A stretch of 64,000 nucleotides of DNA from Paragordius varius (GCA_964247055.1 OZ176060.1:1-64000); one strand, 5' to 3'; shown: positions 1 through 15,300, counted from the first letter of the stretch. Notes: generated from the sequence alone by a model not told the origin. Translations and numbers: made by a program.

Positions 1-3000
1 CCCTACCCTAACCCTAACCCTAACCCTAACCCTAACCCTAACCCTAACCCTAACCCTAACCCTAACCCTAACCCTACCCTAACCCTAACCCTAACCCTAA
101 CCCTAACCCTAACCCTAACCCTAACCCTAACCCTAACCCCTAACCCTAACCCCAACCCTAACCCTAACCCTAACCCTAACCCTAACCCTAACCCTAACCC
201 TAACCCTAACCCTAACCCTAACCCTAACCCTAACCCTAACCCTAACCCTAACCCTAACCCTAACCCTAACCCTAACCCTAACCCTAACCCTAACCCTAAC
301 CCTAACCCTAACCCTAACCCTAACCCTAACCCTAACCCTAACCCTAACCCTAACCCTAACCCTAACCCTAACCCTAACCCTAACCCTAACCCTAACCCTA
401 ACCCTAACCCTAACCCTAACCCTAACCCTAACCCTAACCCTAACCCTAACCCTAACCCTAACCCTAACCCTAACCCTAACCCTAACCCTAACCCTAACCC
501 TAACCCTAACCCTAACCCTAACCCTAACCCTAACCCTAACCCTAACCCTAACCCTAACCCTAACCCTAACCCTAACCCTAACCCTAACCCTAACCCTAAC
601 CCTAACCCTAACCCTAACCCTAACCCTAACCCTAACCCTAACCCTAACCCTAACCCTAACCCTAACCCTAACCCTAACCCTAACCCTAACCCTAACCCTA
701 ACCCTAACCCTAACCCTAACCCTAACCCTAACCCTAACCCTAACCCTAACCCTAACCCTAACCCTAACCCTAACCCTAACCCTAACCCTAACCCTAACCC
801 TAACCCTAACCCTAACCCTAACCCTAACCCTAACCCTAACCCTAACCCTAACCCTAACCCTAACCCTAACCCTAACCCTAACCCTAACCCTAACCCTAAC
901 CCTAACCCTAACCCTAACCCTAACCCTAACCCTAACCCTAACCCTAACCCTAACCCTAACCCTAACCCTAACCCTAACCCTAACCCTAACCCTAACCCTA
1001 ACCCTAACCCTAACCCTAACCCTAACCCTAACCCTAACCCTAACCCTAACCCTAACCCTAACCCTAACCCTAACCCTAACCCTAACCCTAACCCTAACCC
1101 TAACCCTAACCCTAACCCTAACCCTAACCCTAACCCTAACCCTAACCCTAACCCTAACCCTAACCCTAACCCTAACCCTAACCCTAACCCTAACCCTAAC
1201 CCTAACCCTAACCCTAACCCTAACCCTAACCCTAACCCTAACCCTAACCCTAACCCTAACCCTAACCCTAACCCTAACCCTAACCCTAACCCTAACCCTA
1301 ACCCTAACCCTAACCCTAACCCTAACCCTAACCCTAACCCTAACCCTAACCCTAACCCTAACCCTAACCCTAACCCTAACCCTAACCCTAACCCTAACCC
1401 TAACCCTAACCCTAACCCTAACCCTAACCCTAACCCTAACCCTAACCCTAACCCTAACCCTAACCCTAACCCTAACCCTAACCCTAACCCTAACCCTAAC
1501 CCTAACCCTAACCCTAACCCTAACCCTAACCCTAACCCTAACCCTAACCCTAACCCTAACCCTAACCCTAACCCTAACCCTAACCCTAACCCTAACCCTA
1601 ACCCTAACCCTAACCCTAACCCTAACCCTAACCCTAACCCTAACCCTAACCCTAACCCTAACCCTAACCCTAACCCTAACCCTAACCCTAACCCTAACCC
1701 TAACCCTAACCCTAACCCTAACCCTAACCCTAACCCTAACCCTAACCCTAACCCTAACCCTAACCCTAACCCTAACCCTAACCCTAACCCTAACCCTAAC
1801 CCTAACCCTAACCCTAACCCTAACCCTAACCCTAACCCTAACCCTAACCCTAACCCTAACCCTAACCCTAACCCTAACCCTAACCCTAACCCTAACCCTA
1901 ACCCTAACCCTAACCCTAACCCTAACCCTAACCCTAACCCTAACCCTAACCCTAACCCTAACCCTAACCCTAACCCTAACCCTAACCCTAACCCTAACCC
2001 TAACCCTAACCCTAACCCTAACCCTAACCCTAACCCTAACCCTAACCCTAACCCTAACCCTAACCCTAACCCTAACCCTAACCCTAACCCTAACCCTAAC
2101 CCTAACCCTAACCCTAACCCTAACCCTAACCCTAACCCTAACCCTAACCCTAACCCTAACCCTAACCCTAACCCTAACCCTAACCCTAACCCTAACCCTA
2201 ACCCTAACCCTAACCCTAACCCTAACCCTAACCCTAACCCTAACCCTAACCCTAACCCTAACCCTAACCCTAACCCTAACCCTAACCCTAACCCTAACCC
2301 TAACCCTAACCCTAACCCTAACCCTAACCCTAACCCTAACCCTAACCCTAACCCTAACCCTAACCCTAACCCTAACCCTAACCCTAACCCTAACCCTAAC
2401 CCTAACCCTAACCCTAACCCTAACCCTAACCCTAACCCTAACCCTAACCCTAACCCTAACCCTAACCCTAACCCTAACCCTAACCCTAACCCTAACCCTA
2501 ACCCTAACCCTAACCCTAACCCTAACCCTAACCCTAACCCTAACCCTAACCCTAACCCTAACCCTAACCCTAACCCTAACCCTAACCCTAACCCTAACCC
2601 TAACCCTAACCCTAACCCTAACCCTAACCCTAACCCTAACCCTAACCCTAACCCTAACCCTAACCCTAACCCTAACCCTAACCCTAACCCTAACCCTAAC
2701 CCTAACCCTAACCCTAACCCTAACCCTAACCCTAACCCTAACCCTAACCCTAACCCTAACCCTAACCCTAACCCTAACCCTAACCCTAACCCTAACCCTA
2801 ACCCTAACCCTAACCCTAACCCTAACCCTAACCCTAACCCTAACCCTAACCCTAACCCTAACCCTAACCCTAACCCTAACCCTAACCCTAACCCTAACCC
2901 TAACCCTAACCCTAACCCTAACCCTAACCCTAACCCTAACCCTAACCCTAACCCTAACCCTAACCCTAACCCTAACCCTAACCCTAACCCTAACCCTAAC

Positions 3001-3599
3001 CCTAACCCTAACCCTAACCCTAACCCTAACCCTAACCCTAACCCTAACCCTAACCCTAACCCTAACCCTAACCCTAACCCTAACCCTAACCCTAACCCTA
3101 ACCCTAACCCTAACCCTAACCCTAACCCTAACCCTAACCCTAACCCTAACCCTAACCCTAACCCTAACCCTAACCCTAACCCTAACCCTAACCCTAACCC
3201 TAACCCTAACCCTAACCCTAACCCTAACCCTAACCCTAACCCTAACCCTAACCCTAACCCTAACCCTAACCCTAACCCTAACCCTAACCCTAACCCTAAC
3301 CCTAACCCTAACCCTAACCCTAACCCTAACCCTAACCCTAACCCTAACCCTAACCCTAACCCTAACCCTAACCCTAACCCTAACCCTAACCCTAACCCTA
3401 ACCCTAACCCTAACCCTAACCCTAACCCTAACCCTAACCCTAACCCTAACCCTAACCCTAACCCTAACCCTAACCCTAACCCTAACCCTAACCCTAACCC
3501 TAACCCTAACCCTAACCCTAACCCTAACCCTAACCCTAACCCTAACCCTAACCCTAACCCTAACCCTAACCCTAACCCTAACCCTAACCCTAACCCTAA
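1..3599 (-). repeat. Telomeric repeat tract (TTAGGG)n on the minus strand, (CCCTAA)n on the plus strand; left chromosome end, about 600 units
   Basis: Continuous CCCTAA from position 1 to the last CCCTAA ending at 3599. The only variants seen are at 1-5, 72-76, 137-143 and 150-155. A C-rich strand at the 5' end is the established orientation of a left telomere. Confidence 0.99.
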
Positions 3600-3736
3600 T
3601 GAATTTAATAAAAAACGTTTTAATTTGGTTTATGATTCTTATTTGATTGTTGGGTCTATATGCAGGATTTTGAATATAATTTTACAACTAAAAACATTGG
3701 TCTTTTATTTGAGCTTCAATACGTATTCATCCTAAA

Positions 3737-3953
3737 TTGATACTTGCTCGTCGCATTATTGATTATTTGGTTATATTTTGGATTCAACAATCTACCGTAA
3801 ATAATGCAATGTACAATGAATTTAATAAAATACGTTTTAATTTGGTTTATGATTCTTATTTGATTGTTGGGTCTATATGCAGGATTTTGAATATAATTTT
3901 ACAACTAAAAACATTGGTCTTTTATTTGAGCTTCAATACGTATTCATCCTAAA
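3737..3953 (+). repeat. Reference 217-bp monomer (type A)
   Basis: The next monomer starts at 3954. Hand count: A67, T93, C27, G30 (26% GC). It lacks the 5-bp TTAAC found in the 222-bp form (for example 4594-4815). Confidence 0.95.
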
Positions 3954-4170
3954 TTGATACTTGCTAGTCGCATTATTGATTATTTGGTTATATTTTGGAT
4001 TCAACAATCTACCGTAAATAATGCAATGTACAATGAATTTAATAAAATACGTTTTAATTTGGTTTATGATTCTTATTTGATTGTTGGGTCTATATGCAGG
4101 ATTTTGAATATAATTTTACAACTAAAAAGATTGGTCTTTTATTTGAGCTTCAATACGTATTCATCCTAAA

Positions 4171-4374
4171 TTGATACTTGCTCGTCGCATTATTGATTAT
4201 TTGGTTATTTCCGTAAATAATGCAATGTTTAACACAATGAATTTAATAAAATACGTTTTAATTTGGTTTATGATTCTTATTTGATTGTTGGGTCTATATG
4301 CAGGATTTTGAATATAATTTTACAACTAAAAAGATTGGTCTTTTATTTGAGCTTCAATACGTATTCATCCTAAA
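4171..4374 (+). repeat. 204-bp short monomer (type B; 18-bp deletion relative to the 222-bp form)
   Basis: Reads GGTTATTTCCGTAAAT instead of GGTTATATTTTGGATTCAACAATCTACCGTAAAT and retains GTTTAACAC. The next monomer starts at 4375. Confidence 0.95.
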
Positions 4375-4815
4375 TTGATACTTGCTCGTCGCATTATTGA
4401 TTATTTGGTTATATTTTGGATTGAACAATCTACCGTAAATAATGCAATGAACACAATGAATTTAATAAAAAACGTTTTAATTTGGTTTATGATTCTTATT
4501 TGATTGTTGGGTCTATATGCAGGATTTTGAATATAATTTTACAACTAAAAAGATTGGTCTTTTATTTGAGCTTCAATACGTATTCATCCTAAATTGATAC
4601 TTGCTCGTCGCATTATTGATTATTTGGTTATATTTTGGATTCAACAATCTACCGTAAATAATGCAATGTTTAACACAATGAATTTAATAAAAAACGTTTT
4701 AATTTGGTTTATGATTATTATTTGATTGTTAGGTCTATATGCAGGATTTTGAATATAATTTTACAACTAAAAAGATTGGTCTTTTATTTGAGCTTCAATA
4801 CGTATTCATCCTAAA

Positions 4816-5164
4816 TTGATACTTGCTCGTCGCATTATTGATTATTTGGTTATATTTTGGATTGAACAATCTACCGTAAGTAATGCAATGTTTAACACAA
4901 TGAATTTAATAAAATACGTTTAAATTTGGTTAATGATTCTTATTTGATTGTTAGGTCTATATGCAGGATTTTGAATATTGGTTATATTTTGGATTCAACA
5001 ATCTACCGTAAATAATGCAATGTACAATGAATTTAATAAAATACGTTTTAATTTGGTTTATGATTCTTATTTGATTGTTGGGTCTATATGCAGGATTTTG
5101 AATATAATTTTACAACTAAAAACATTGGTCTTTTATTTGAGCTTCAATACGTATTCATCCTAAA
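4816..5164 (+). repeat. 349-bp fused dimer (90-bp deletion across a monomer boundary); marker cassette present 7 times
   Basis: Junction GGATTTTGAATAT|TGGTTATATTTTGG, with linked variants GTAAGT, TTTAAATTTGGTTAATG and GTTAGG. Copies start at 4816, 6833, 9873, 13130, 17238, 20495 and 22501. Confidence 0.9.
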
Positions 5165-8100
5165 TTGATACTTGCTCGTCGCATTATTGATTATTTGGTT
5201 ATATTTTGGATTTAACAATCTACCGTAAATAAAGCAATGTACAATGAATTTAATAAAATACGTTTTAATTTGGTTTATGATTCTTATTTGATTGTTGGGT
5301 CTATATGCAGGATTTTGAATATAATTTTACAACTAAAAAGATTGGTCTTTTATTTGAGCTTCAATACGTATTCATCCTAAATTGATACTTGCTCGTCGCA
5401 TTATTGATTATTTGGTTATTTCCGTAAATAATGCAATGTTTAACACAATGAATTTAATAAAAAACGTTTTAATTTGGTTTATGATTCTTATTTGATTGTT
5501 GGGTCTATATGCAGGATTTTGAATATAATTTTACAACTAAAAACATTGGTCTTTTATTTGAGCTTCAATACGTATTCATCCTAAATTGATACTTGCTCGT
5601 CGCATTATTGATTATTTGGTTATATTTTGGATTCAACAATCTACCGTAAATAATGCAATGTACAATGAATTTAATAAAATACGTTTTAATTTGGTTTATG
5701 ATTCTTATTTGATTGTTGGTATATGCAGGATTTTGAATATAATTTTACAACTAAAAACATTGGTCTTTTATTTGAGCTTCAATACGTATTCATCCTAAAT
5801 TGATACTTGCTCGTCGCATTATTGATTATTTGGTTATATTTTGGATTCAACAATCTACCGTAAATAATGCAATGTACAATGAATTTAATAAAATACGTTT
5901 TAATTTGATTTATGATTCTTATTTGATTGTTGGGTCTATATGCAGGATTTTGAATATAATTTTACAACTAAAAAGATTGGTCTTTTATTTGAGCTTCAAT
6001 ACGTATTCATCCTAAATTGATACTTGCTCGTCGCATTATTGATTATTTGGTTATTTCCGTAAATAATGCAATGTTTAACACAATGAATTTAATAAAATAC
6101 GTTTTAATTTGGTTTATGATTCTTATTTGATTGTTGGGTCTATATGCAGGATTTTGAATATAATTTTACAACTAAAAAGATTGGTCTTTTATTTGAGCTT
6201 CAATACGTATTCATCCTAAATTGATACTTGCTCGTCGCATTATTGATTATTTGGTTATTTCCGTAAATAATGCAATGTTTGACACAATGAATTTAATAAA
6301 ATACGTTTTAATTTGGTTTATGATTCTTATTTGATTGTTGGGTCTATATGCAGGATTTTGAATATAATTTTACAACAAAAAACATTGGTCTTTTATTTGA
6401 GCTTCAATACGTATTCATCCTAAATTGATACTTGCTCGTCGCATTATTGATTATTTGGTTATTTCCGTAAATAATGCAATGTTTAACACAATGAATTTAA
6501 TAAAATACGTTTTAATTTGGTTTATGATTCTTATTTGATTGTTGGGTCTATATGCAGGATTTTGAATATAATTTTACAACTAAAAAGATTGGTCTTTTAT
6601 TTGAGCTTCAATACGTATTCATCCTAAATTGATACTTGCTCGTCGCATTATTGATTATTTGGTTATTTCCGTAAATAATGCAATGTTTAACACAATGAAT
6701 TTAATAAAAAACGTTTTAATTTGGTTTATGATTCTTATTTGATTGTTGGGTCTATATGCAGGATTTTGAATATAATTTTACAACTAAAAACATTGGTCTT
6801 TTATTTGAGCTTCAATACGTATTCATCCTAAATTGATACTTGCTCGTCGCATTATTGATTATTTGGTTATATTTTGGATTGAACAATCTACCGTAAGTAA
6901 TGCAATGTTTAACACAATGAATTTAATAAAATACGTTTAAATTTGGTTAATGATTCTTATTTGATTGTTAGGTCTATATGCAGGATTTTGAATATTGGTT
7001 ATATTTTGGATTCAACAATCTACCGTAAATAATGCAATGTACAATGAATTTAATAAAATACGTTTTAATTTGGTTTATGATTCTTATTTGATTGTTGGGT
7101 CTATATGCAGGATTTTGAATATAATTTTACAACTAAAAACATTGGTCTTTTATTTGAGCTTCAATACGTATTCATCCTAAATTGATACTTGCTCGTCGCA
7201 TTATTGATTATTTGGTTATATTTTGGATTTAACAATCTACCGTAAATAAAGCAATGTACAATGAATTTAATAAAATACGTTTTAATTTGGTTTATGATTC
7301 TTATTTGATTGTTGGGTCTATATGCAGGATTTTGAATATAATTTTACAACTAAAAAGATTGGTCTTTTATTTGAGCTTCAATACGTATTCATCCTAAATT
7401 GATACTTGCTCGTCGCATTATTGATTATTTGGTTATTTCCGTAAATAATGCAATGTTTAACACAATGAATTTAATAAAAAACGTTTTAATTTGGTTTATG
7501 ATTCTTATTTGATTGTTGGGTCTATATGCAGGATTTTGAATATAAGTTTACAACTGAAAACATTGGTCTTTTATTTGAGCTTCAATACGTATTCATCCTA
7601 AATTGATACTTGCTCGTCGCATTATTGATTATTTGGTTATATTTTGGATTCAACAATCTACCGTAAATAATGCAATGTACAATGAATTTAATAAAATACG
7701 TTTTAATTTGGTTTATGATTCTTATTTGATTGTTGGGTCTATATGCAGGATTTTGAATATAATTTTACAACTAAAAAGATTGGTCTTTTATTTGAGCTTC
7801 AATACGTATTCATCCTAAATTGATACTTGCTCGTCGCATTATTGATTATTTGGTTATTTCCGTAAATAATGCAATGTTTAACACAATGAATTTAATAAAA
7901 TACGTTTTAATTTGGTTTATGATTCTTATTTGATTGTTGGGTCTATATGCAGGATTTTGAATATAATTTTACAACTAAAAAGATTGGTCTTTTATTTGAG
8001 CTTCAATACGTATTCATCCTAAATTGATACTTGCTCGTCGCATTATTGATTATTTGGTTATTTCCGTAAATAATGCAATGTTTAACACAATGAATTTAAT

Positions 8101-9329
8101 AAAATACGTTTTAATTTGGTTTATGATTCTTATTTGATTGTTGGGTCTATATGCAGGATTTTGAATATAATTTTACAACAAAAAACATTGGTCTTTTATT
8201 TGAGCTTCAATACGTATTCATCCTAAATTGATACTTGCTCGTCGCATTATTGATTATTTGGTTATTTCCGTAAATAATGCAATGTTTAACACAATGAATT
8301 TAATAAAATACGTTTTAATTTGGTTTATGATTCTTATTTGATTGTTGGGTCTATATGCAGGATTTTGAATATAATTTTACAACTAAAAAGATTGGTCTTT
8401 TATTTGAGCTTCAATACGTATTCATCCTAAATTGATACTTGCTCGTCGCATTATTGATTATTTGGTTATTTCCGTAAATAATGCAATGTTTAACACAATG
8501 AATTTAATAAAAAACGTTTTAATTTGGTTTATGATTCTTATTTGATTGTTGGGTCTATATGCAGGATTTTGAATATAATTTTACAACTAAAAAGATTGGT
8601 CTTTTATTTGAGCTTCAATACGTATTCATCCTAAATTGATACTTGCTCGTCGCATTATTGATTATTTGGTTATTTCCGTAAATAATGCAATGTTTAACAC
8701 AATGAATTTAATAAAATACGTTTTAATTTGGTTTATGATTCTTATTTGATTGTTGGGTCTATATGCAGGATTTTGAATATAATTTTACAACTAAAAAGAT
8801 TGGTCTTTTATTTGAGCTTCAATACGTATTCATCCTAAATTGATACTTGCTCGTCGCATTATTGATTATTTGGTTATTTCCGTAAATAATGCAATGTTTA
8901 ACACAATGAATTTAATAAAATACGTTTTAATTTGGTTTATGATTCTTATTTGATTGTTGGGTCTATATGCAGGATTTTGAATATAATTTTACAACAAAAA
9001 ACATTGGTCTTTTATTTGAGCTTCAATACGTATTCATCCTAAATTGATACTTGCTCGTCGCATTATTGATTATTTGGTTATTTCCGTAAATAATGCAATG
9101 TTTAACACAATGAATTTAATAAAATACGTTTTAATTTGGTTTATGATTCTTATTTGATTGTTGGGTCTATATGCAGGATTTTGAATATAATTTTACAACT
9201 AAAAAGATTGGTCTTTTATTTGAGCTTCAATACGTATTCATCCTAAATTGATACTTGCTCGTCGCATTATTGATTATTTGGTTATTTCCGTAAATAATGC
9301 AATGTTTAACACAATGAATTTAATAAAAA

Positions 9330-12300
9330 ACGTTTTAATTTGGTTTATGATTCTTATTTGATTGTTGGGTCTATATGCAGGATTTTGAATATAATTTTAC
9401 AACTAAAAACATTGGTCTTTTATTTGAGCTTCAATACGTATTCATCCTAAATTGATACTTGCTCGTCGCATTATTGATTATTTGGTTATATTTTGGATTC
9501 AACAATCTACCGTAAATAATGCAATGTACAATGAATTTAATAAAATACGTTTTAATTTGGTTTATGATTCTTATTTGATTGTTGGGTCTATATGCAGGAT
9601 TTTGAATATAATTTTACAACTAAAAACATTGGTCTTTTATTTGAGCTTCAATACGTATTCATCCTAAATTGATACTTGCTCGTCGCATTATTGATTATTT
9701 GGTTATTTCCGTAAATAATGCAATGTTTAACACAATGAATTTAATAAAAAACGTTTTAATTTGGTTTATGATTCTTATTTGATTGTTGGGTCTATATGCA
9801 GGATTTTGAATATAATTTTACAACTAAAAACATTGGTCTTTTATTTGAGCTTCAATACGTATTCATCCTAAATTGATACTTGCTCGTCGCATTATTGATT
9901 ATTTGGTTATATTTTGGATTGAACAATCTACCGTAAGTAATGCAATGTTTAACACAATGAATTTAATAAAATACGTTTAAATTTGGTTAATGATTCTTAT
10001 TTGATTGTTAGGTCTATATGCAGGATTTTGAATATTGGTTATATTTTGGATTCAACAATCTACCGTAAATAATGCAATGTACAATGAATTTAATAAAATA
10101 CGTTTTAATTTGGTTTATGATTCTTATTTGATTGTTGGGTCTATATGCAGGATTTTGAATATAATTTTACAACTAAAAACATTGGTCTTTTATTTGAGCT
10201 TCAATACGTATTCATCCTAAATTGATACTTGCTCGTCGCATTATTGATTATTTGGTTATTTCCGTAAATAATGCAATGTTTAACACAATGAATTTAATAA
10301 AAAACGTTTTAATTTGGTTTATGATTCTTATTTGATTGTTGGGTCTATATGCAGGATTTTGAATATAATTTTACAACTAAAAACATTGGTCTTTTATTTG
10401 AGCTTCAATACGTATTCATCCTAAATTGATACTTGCTCGTCGCATTATTGATTATTTGGTTATATTTTGGATTTAACAATCTACCGTAAATAAAGCAATG
10501 TACAATGAATTTAATAAAATACGTTTTAATTTGGTTTATGATTCTTATTTGATTGTTGGGTCTATATGCAGGATTTTGAATATAATTTTACAACTAAAAA
10601 GATTGGTCTTTTATTTGAGCTTCAATACGTATTCATCCTAAATTGATACTTGCTCGTCGCATTATTGATTATTTGGTTATTTCCGTAAATAATGCAATGT
10701 TTAACACAATGAATTTAATAAAAAACGTTTTAATTTGGTTTATGATTCTTATTTGATTGTTGGGTCTATATGCAGGATTTTGAATATAATTTTACAACTA
10801 AAAACATTGGTCTTTTATTTGAGCTTCAATACGTATTCATCCTAAATTGATACTTGCTCGTCGCATTATTGATTATTTGGTTATATTTTGGATTCAACAA
10901 TCTACCGTAAATAATGCAATGTACAATGAATTTAATAAAATACGTTTTAATTTGGTTTATGATTCTTATTTGATTGTTGGGTCTATATGCAGGATTTTGA
11001 ATATAATTTTACAACTAAAAACATTGGTCTTTTATTTGAGCTTCAATACGTATTCATCCTAAATTGATACTTGCTCGTCGCATTATTGATTATTTGGTTA
11101 TTTCCGTAAATAATGCAATGTTTAACACAATGAATTTAATAAAAAACGTTTTAATTTGGTTTATGATTCTTATTTGATTGTTGGGTCTATATGCAGGATT
11201 TTGAATATAAGTTTACAACTGAAAACATTGGTCTTTTATTTGAGCTTCAATACGTATTCATCCTAAATTGATACTTGCTCGTCGCATTATTGATTATTTG
11301 GTTATATTTTGGATTCAACAATCTACCGTAAATAATGCAATGTACAATGAATTTAATAAAATACGTTTTAATTTGGTTTATGATTCTTATTTGATTGTTG
11401 GGTCTATATGCAGGATTTTGAATATAATTTTACAACTAAAAAGATTGGTCTTTTATTTGAGCTTCAATACGTATTCATCCTAAATTGATACTTGCTCGTC
11501 GCATTATTGATTATTTGGTTATTTCCGTAAATAATGCAATGTTTAACACAATGAATTTAATAAAATACGTTTTAATTTGGTTTATGATTCTTATTTGATT
11601 GTTGGGTCTATATGCAGGATTTTGAATATAATTTTACAACTAAAAAGATTGGTCTTTTATTTGAGCTTCAATACGTATTCATCCTAAATTGATACTTGCT
11701 CGTCGCATTATTGATTATTTGGTTATTTCCGTAAATAATGCAATGTTTAACACAATGAATTTAATAAAATACGTTTTAATTTGGTTTATGATTCTTATTT
11801 GATTGTTGGGTCTATATGCAGGATTTTGAATATAATTTTACAACTAAAAAGATTGGTCTTTTATTTGAGCGTCAATACGTATTCATCCTAAATTGATACT
11901 TGCTCGTCGCATTATTGATTATTTGGTTATTTCCGTAAATAATGCAATGTTTAACACAATGAATTTAATAAAATACGTTTTAATTTGGTTTATGATTCTT
12001 ATTTGATTGTTGGGTCTATATGCAGGATTTTGAATATAATTTTACAACTAAAAAGATTGGTCTTTTATTTGAGCTTCAATACGTATTCATCCTAAATTGA
12101 TACTTGCTCGTCGCATTATTGATTATTTGGTTATTTCCGTAAATAATGCAATGTTTAACACAATGAATTTAATAAAATACGTTTTAATTTGGTTTATGAT
12201 TCTTATTTGATTGTTGGGTCTATATGCAGGATTTTGAATATAATTTTACAACAAAAAACATTGGTCTTTTATTTGAGCTTCAATACGTATTCATCCTAAA

Positions 12301-15300
12301 TTGATACTTGCTCGTCGCATTATTGATTATTTGGTTATTTCCGTAAATAATGCAATGTTTAACACAATGAATTTAATAAAATACGTTTTAATTTGGTTTA
12401 TGATTCTTATTTGATTGTTGGGTCTATATGCAGGATTTTGAATATAATTTTACAACTAAAAAGATTGGTCTTTTATTTGAGCTTCAATACGTATTCATCC
12501 TAAATTGATACTTGCTCGTCGCATTATTGATTATTTGGTTATTTCCGTAAATAATGCAATGTTTAACACAATGAATTTAATAAAAAACGTTTTAATTTGG
12601 TTTATGATTCTTATTTGATTGTTGGGTCTATATGCAGGATTTTGAATATAATTTTACAACTAAAAACATTGGTCTTTTATTTGAGCTTCAATACGTATTC
12701 ATCCTAAATTGATACTTGCTCGTCGCATTATTGATTATTTGGTTATATTTTGGATTCAACAATCTACCGTAAATAATGCAATGTACAATGAATTTAATAA
12801 AATACGTTTTAATTTGGTTTATGATTCTTATTTGATTGTTGGGTCTATATGCAGGATTTTGAATATAATTTTACAACTAAAAACATTGGTCTTTTATTTG
12901 AGCTTCAATACGTATTCATCCTAAATTGATACTTGCTCGTCGCATTATTGATTATTTGGTTATTTCCGTAAATAATGCAATGTTTAACACAATGAATTTA
13001 ATAAAAAACGTTTTAATTTGGTTTATGATTCTTATTTGATTGTTGGGTCTATATGCAGGATTTTGAATATAATTTTACAACTAAAAACATTGGTCTTTTA
13101 TTTGAGCTTCAATACGTATTCATCCTAAATTGATACTTGCTCGTCGCATTATTGATTATTTGGTTATATTTTGGATTGAACAATCTACCGTAAGTAATGC
13201 AATGTTTAACACAATGAATTTAATAAAATACGTTTAAATTTGGTTAATGATTCTTATTTGATTGTTAGGTCTATATGCAGGATTTTGAATATTGGTTATA
13301 TTTTGGATTCAACAATCTACCGTAAATAATGCAATGTACAATGAATTTAATAAAATACGTTTTAATTTGGTTTATGATTCTTATTTGATTGTAGGGTCTA
13401 TATGCAGGATTTTGAATATAATTTTACAACTAAAAACATTGGTCTTTTATTTGAGCTTCAATACGTATTCATCCTAAATTGATACTTGCTCGTCGCATTA
13501 TTGATTATTTGGTTATATTTTGGATTTAACAATCTACCGTAAATAAAGCAATGTACAATGAATTTAATAAAATACGTTTTAATTTGGTTTATGATTCTTA
13601 TTTGATTGTTGGGTCTATATGCAGGATTTTGAATATAATTTTACAACTAAAAAGATTGGTCTTTTATTTGAGCTTCAATACGTATTCATCCTAAATTGAT
13701 ACTTGCTCGTCGCATTATTGATTATTTGGTTATTTCCGTAAATAATGCAATGTTTAACACAATGAATTTAATAAAAAACGTTTTAATTTGGTTTATGATT
13801 CTTATTTGATTGTTGGGTCTATATGCAGGATTTTGAATATAATTTTACAACTAAAAACATTGGTCTTTTATTTGAGCTTCAATACGTATTCATCCTAAAT
13901 TGATACTTGCTCGTCGCATTATTGATTATTTGGTTATATTTTGGATTCAACAATCTACCGTAAATAATGCAATGTACAATGAATTTAATAAAATACGTTT
14001 TAATTTGGTTTATGATTCTTATTTGATTGTTGGGTCTATATGCAGGATTTTGAATATAATTTTACAACTAAAAACATTGGTCTTTTATTTGAGCTTCAAT
14101 ACGTATTCATCCTAAATTGATACTTGCTCGTCGCATTATTGATTATTTGGTTATTTCCGTAAATAATGCAATGTTTAACACAATGAATTTAATAAAAAAC
14201 GTTTTAATTTGGTTTATGATTCTTATTTGATTGTTGGGTCTATATGCAGGATTTTGAATATAATTTTACAACTAAAAACATTGGTCTTTTATTTGAGCTT
14301 CAATACGTATTCATCCTAAATTGATACTTGCTCGTTATTGATTATTTGGTTATATTTTGGATTCAACAATCTACCGTAAATAATGCAATGTACAATGAAT
14401 TTAATAAAATACGTTTTAATTTGGTTTATGATTCTTATTTGATTGTTGGTATATGCAGGATTTTGAATATAATTTTACAACTAAAAACATTGGTCTTTTA
14501 TTTGAGCTTCAATACGTATTCATCCTAAATTGATACTTGCTCGTCGCATTATTGATTATTTGGTTATTTCCGTAAATAATGCAATGTTTAACACAATGAA
14601 TTTAATAAAATACGTTTTAATTTGGTTTATGATTCTTATTTGATTGTTGGGTCTATATGCAGGATTTTGAATATAATTTTACAACAAAAAACATTGGTCT
14701 TTTATTTGAACGTCTATTCATCCTAAATTGATACTTGCTCGTCGCATTATTGATTATTTGGTTATTTCCGTAAATAATGCAATGTTTAACACAATGAATT
14801 TAATAAAATACGTTTTAATTTGGTTTATGATTCTTATTTGATTGTTGGGTCTATATGCAGGATTTTGAATATAATTTTACAACTAAAAAGATTGGTCTTT
14901 TATTTGAGCTTCAATACGTATTCATCCTAAATTGATACTTGCTCGTCGCATTATTGATTATTTGGTTATTTCCGTAAATAATGCAATGTTTAACACAATG
15001 AATTTAATAAAAAACGTTTTAATTTGGTTTATGATTCTTATTTGATTGTTGGGTCTATATGCAGGATTTTGAATATAATTTTACAACTAAAAACATTGGT
15101 CTTTTATTTGAGCTTCAATACGTATTCATCCTAAATTGATACTTGCTCGTCGCATTATTGATTATTTGGTTATATTTTGGATTCAACAATCTACCGTAAA
15201 TAATGCAATGTACAATGAATTTAATAAAATACGTTTTAATTTGGTTTATGATTCTTATTTGATTGTTGGGTCTATATGCAGGATTTTGAATATAATTTTA

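Noticed and set aside
1-155. Variant telomeric units CCCTA, CCCCTAA and CCCCAA
   Set aside because: They are confined to the outermost 155 bp, where coverage is usually lowest, and are mostly homopolymer-type changes. They are more likely consensus errors than real variant repeats.
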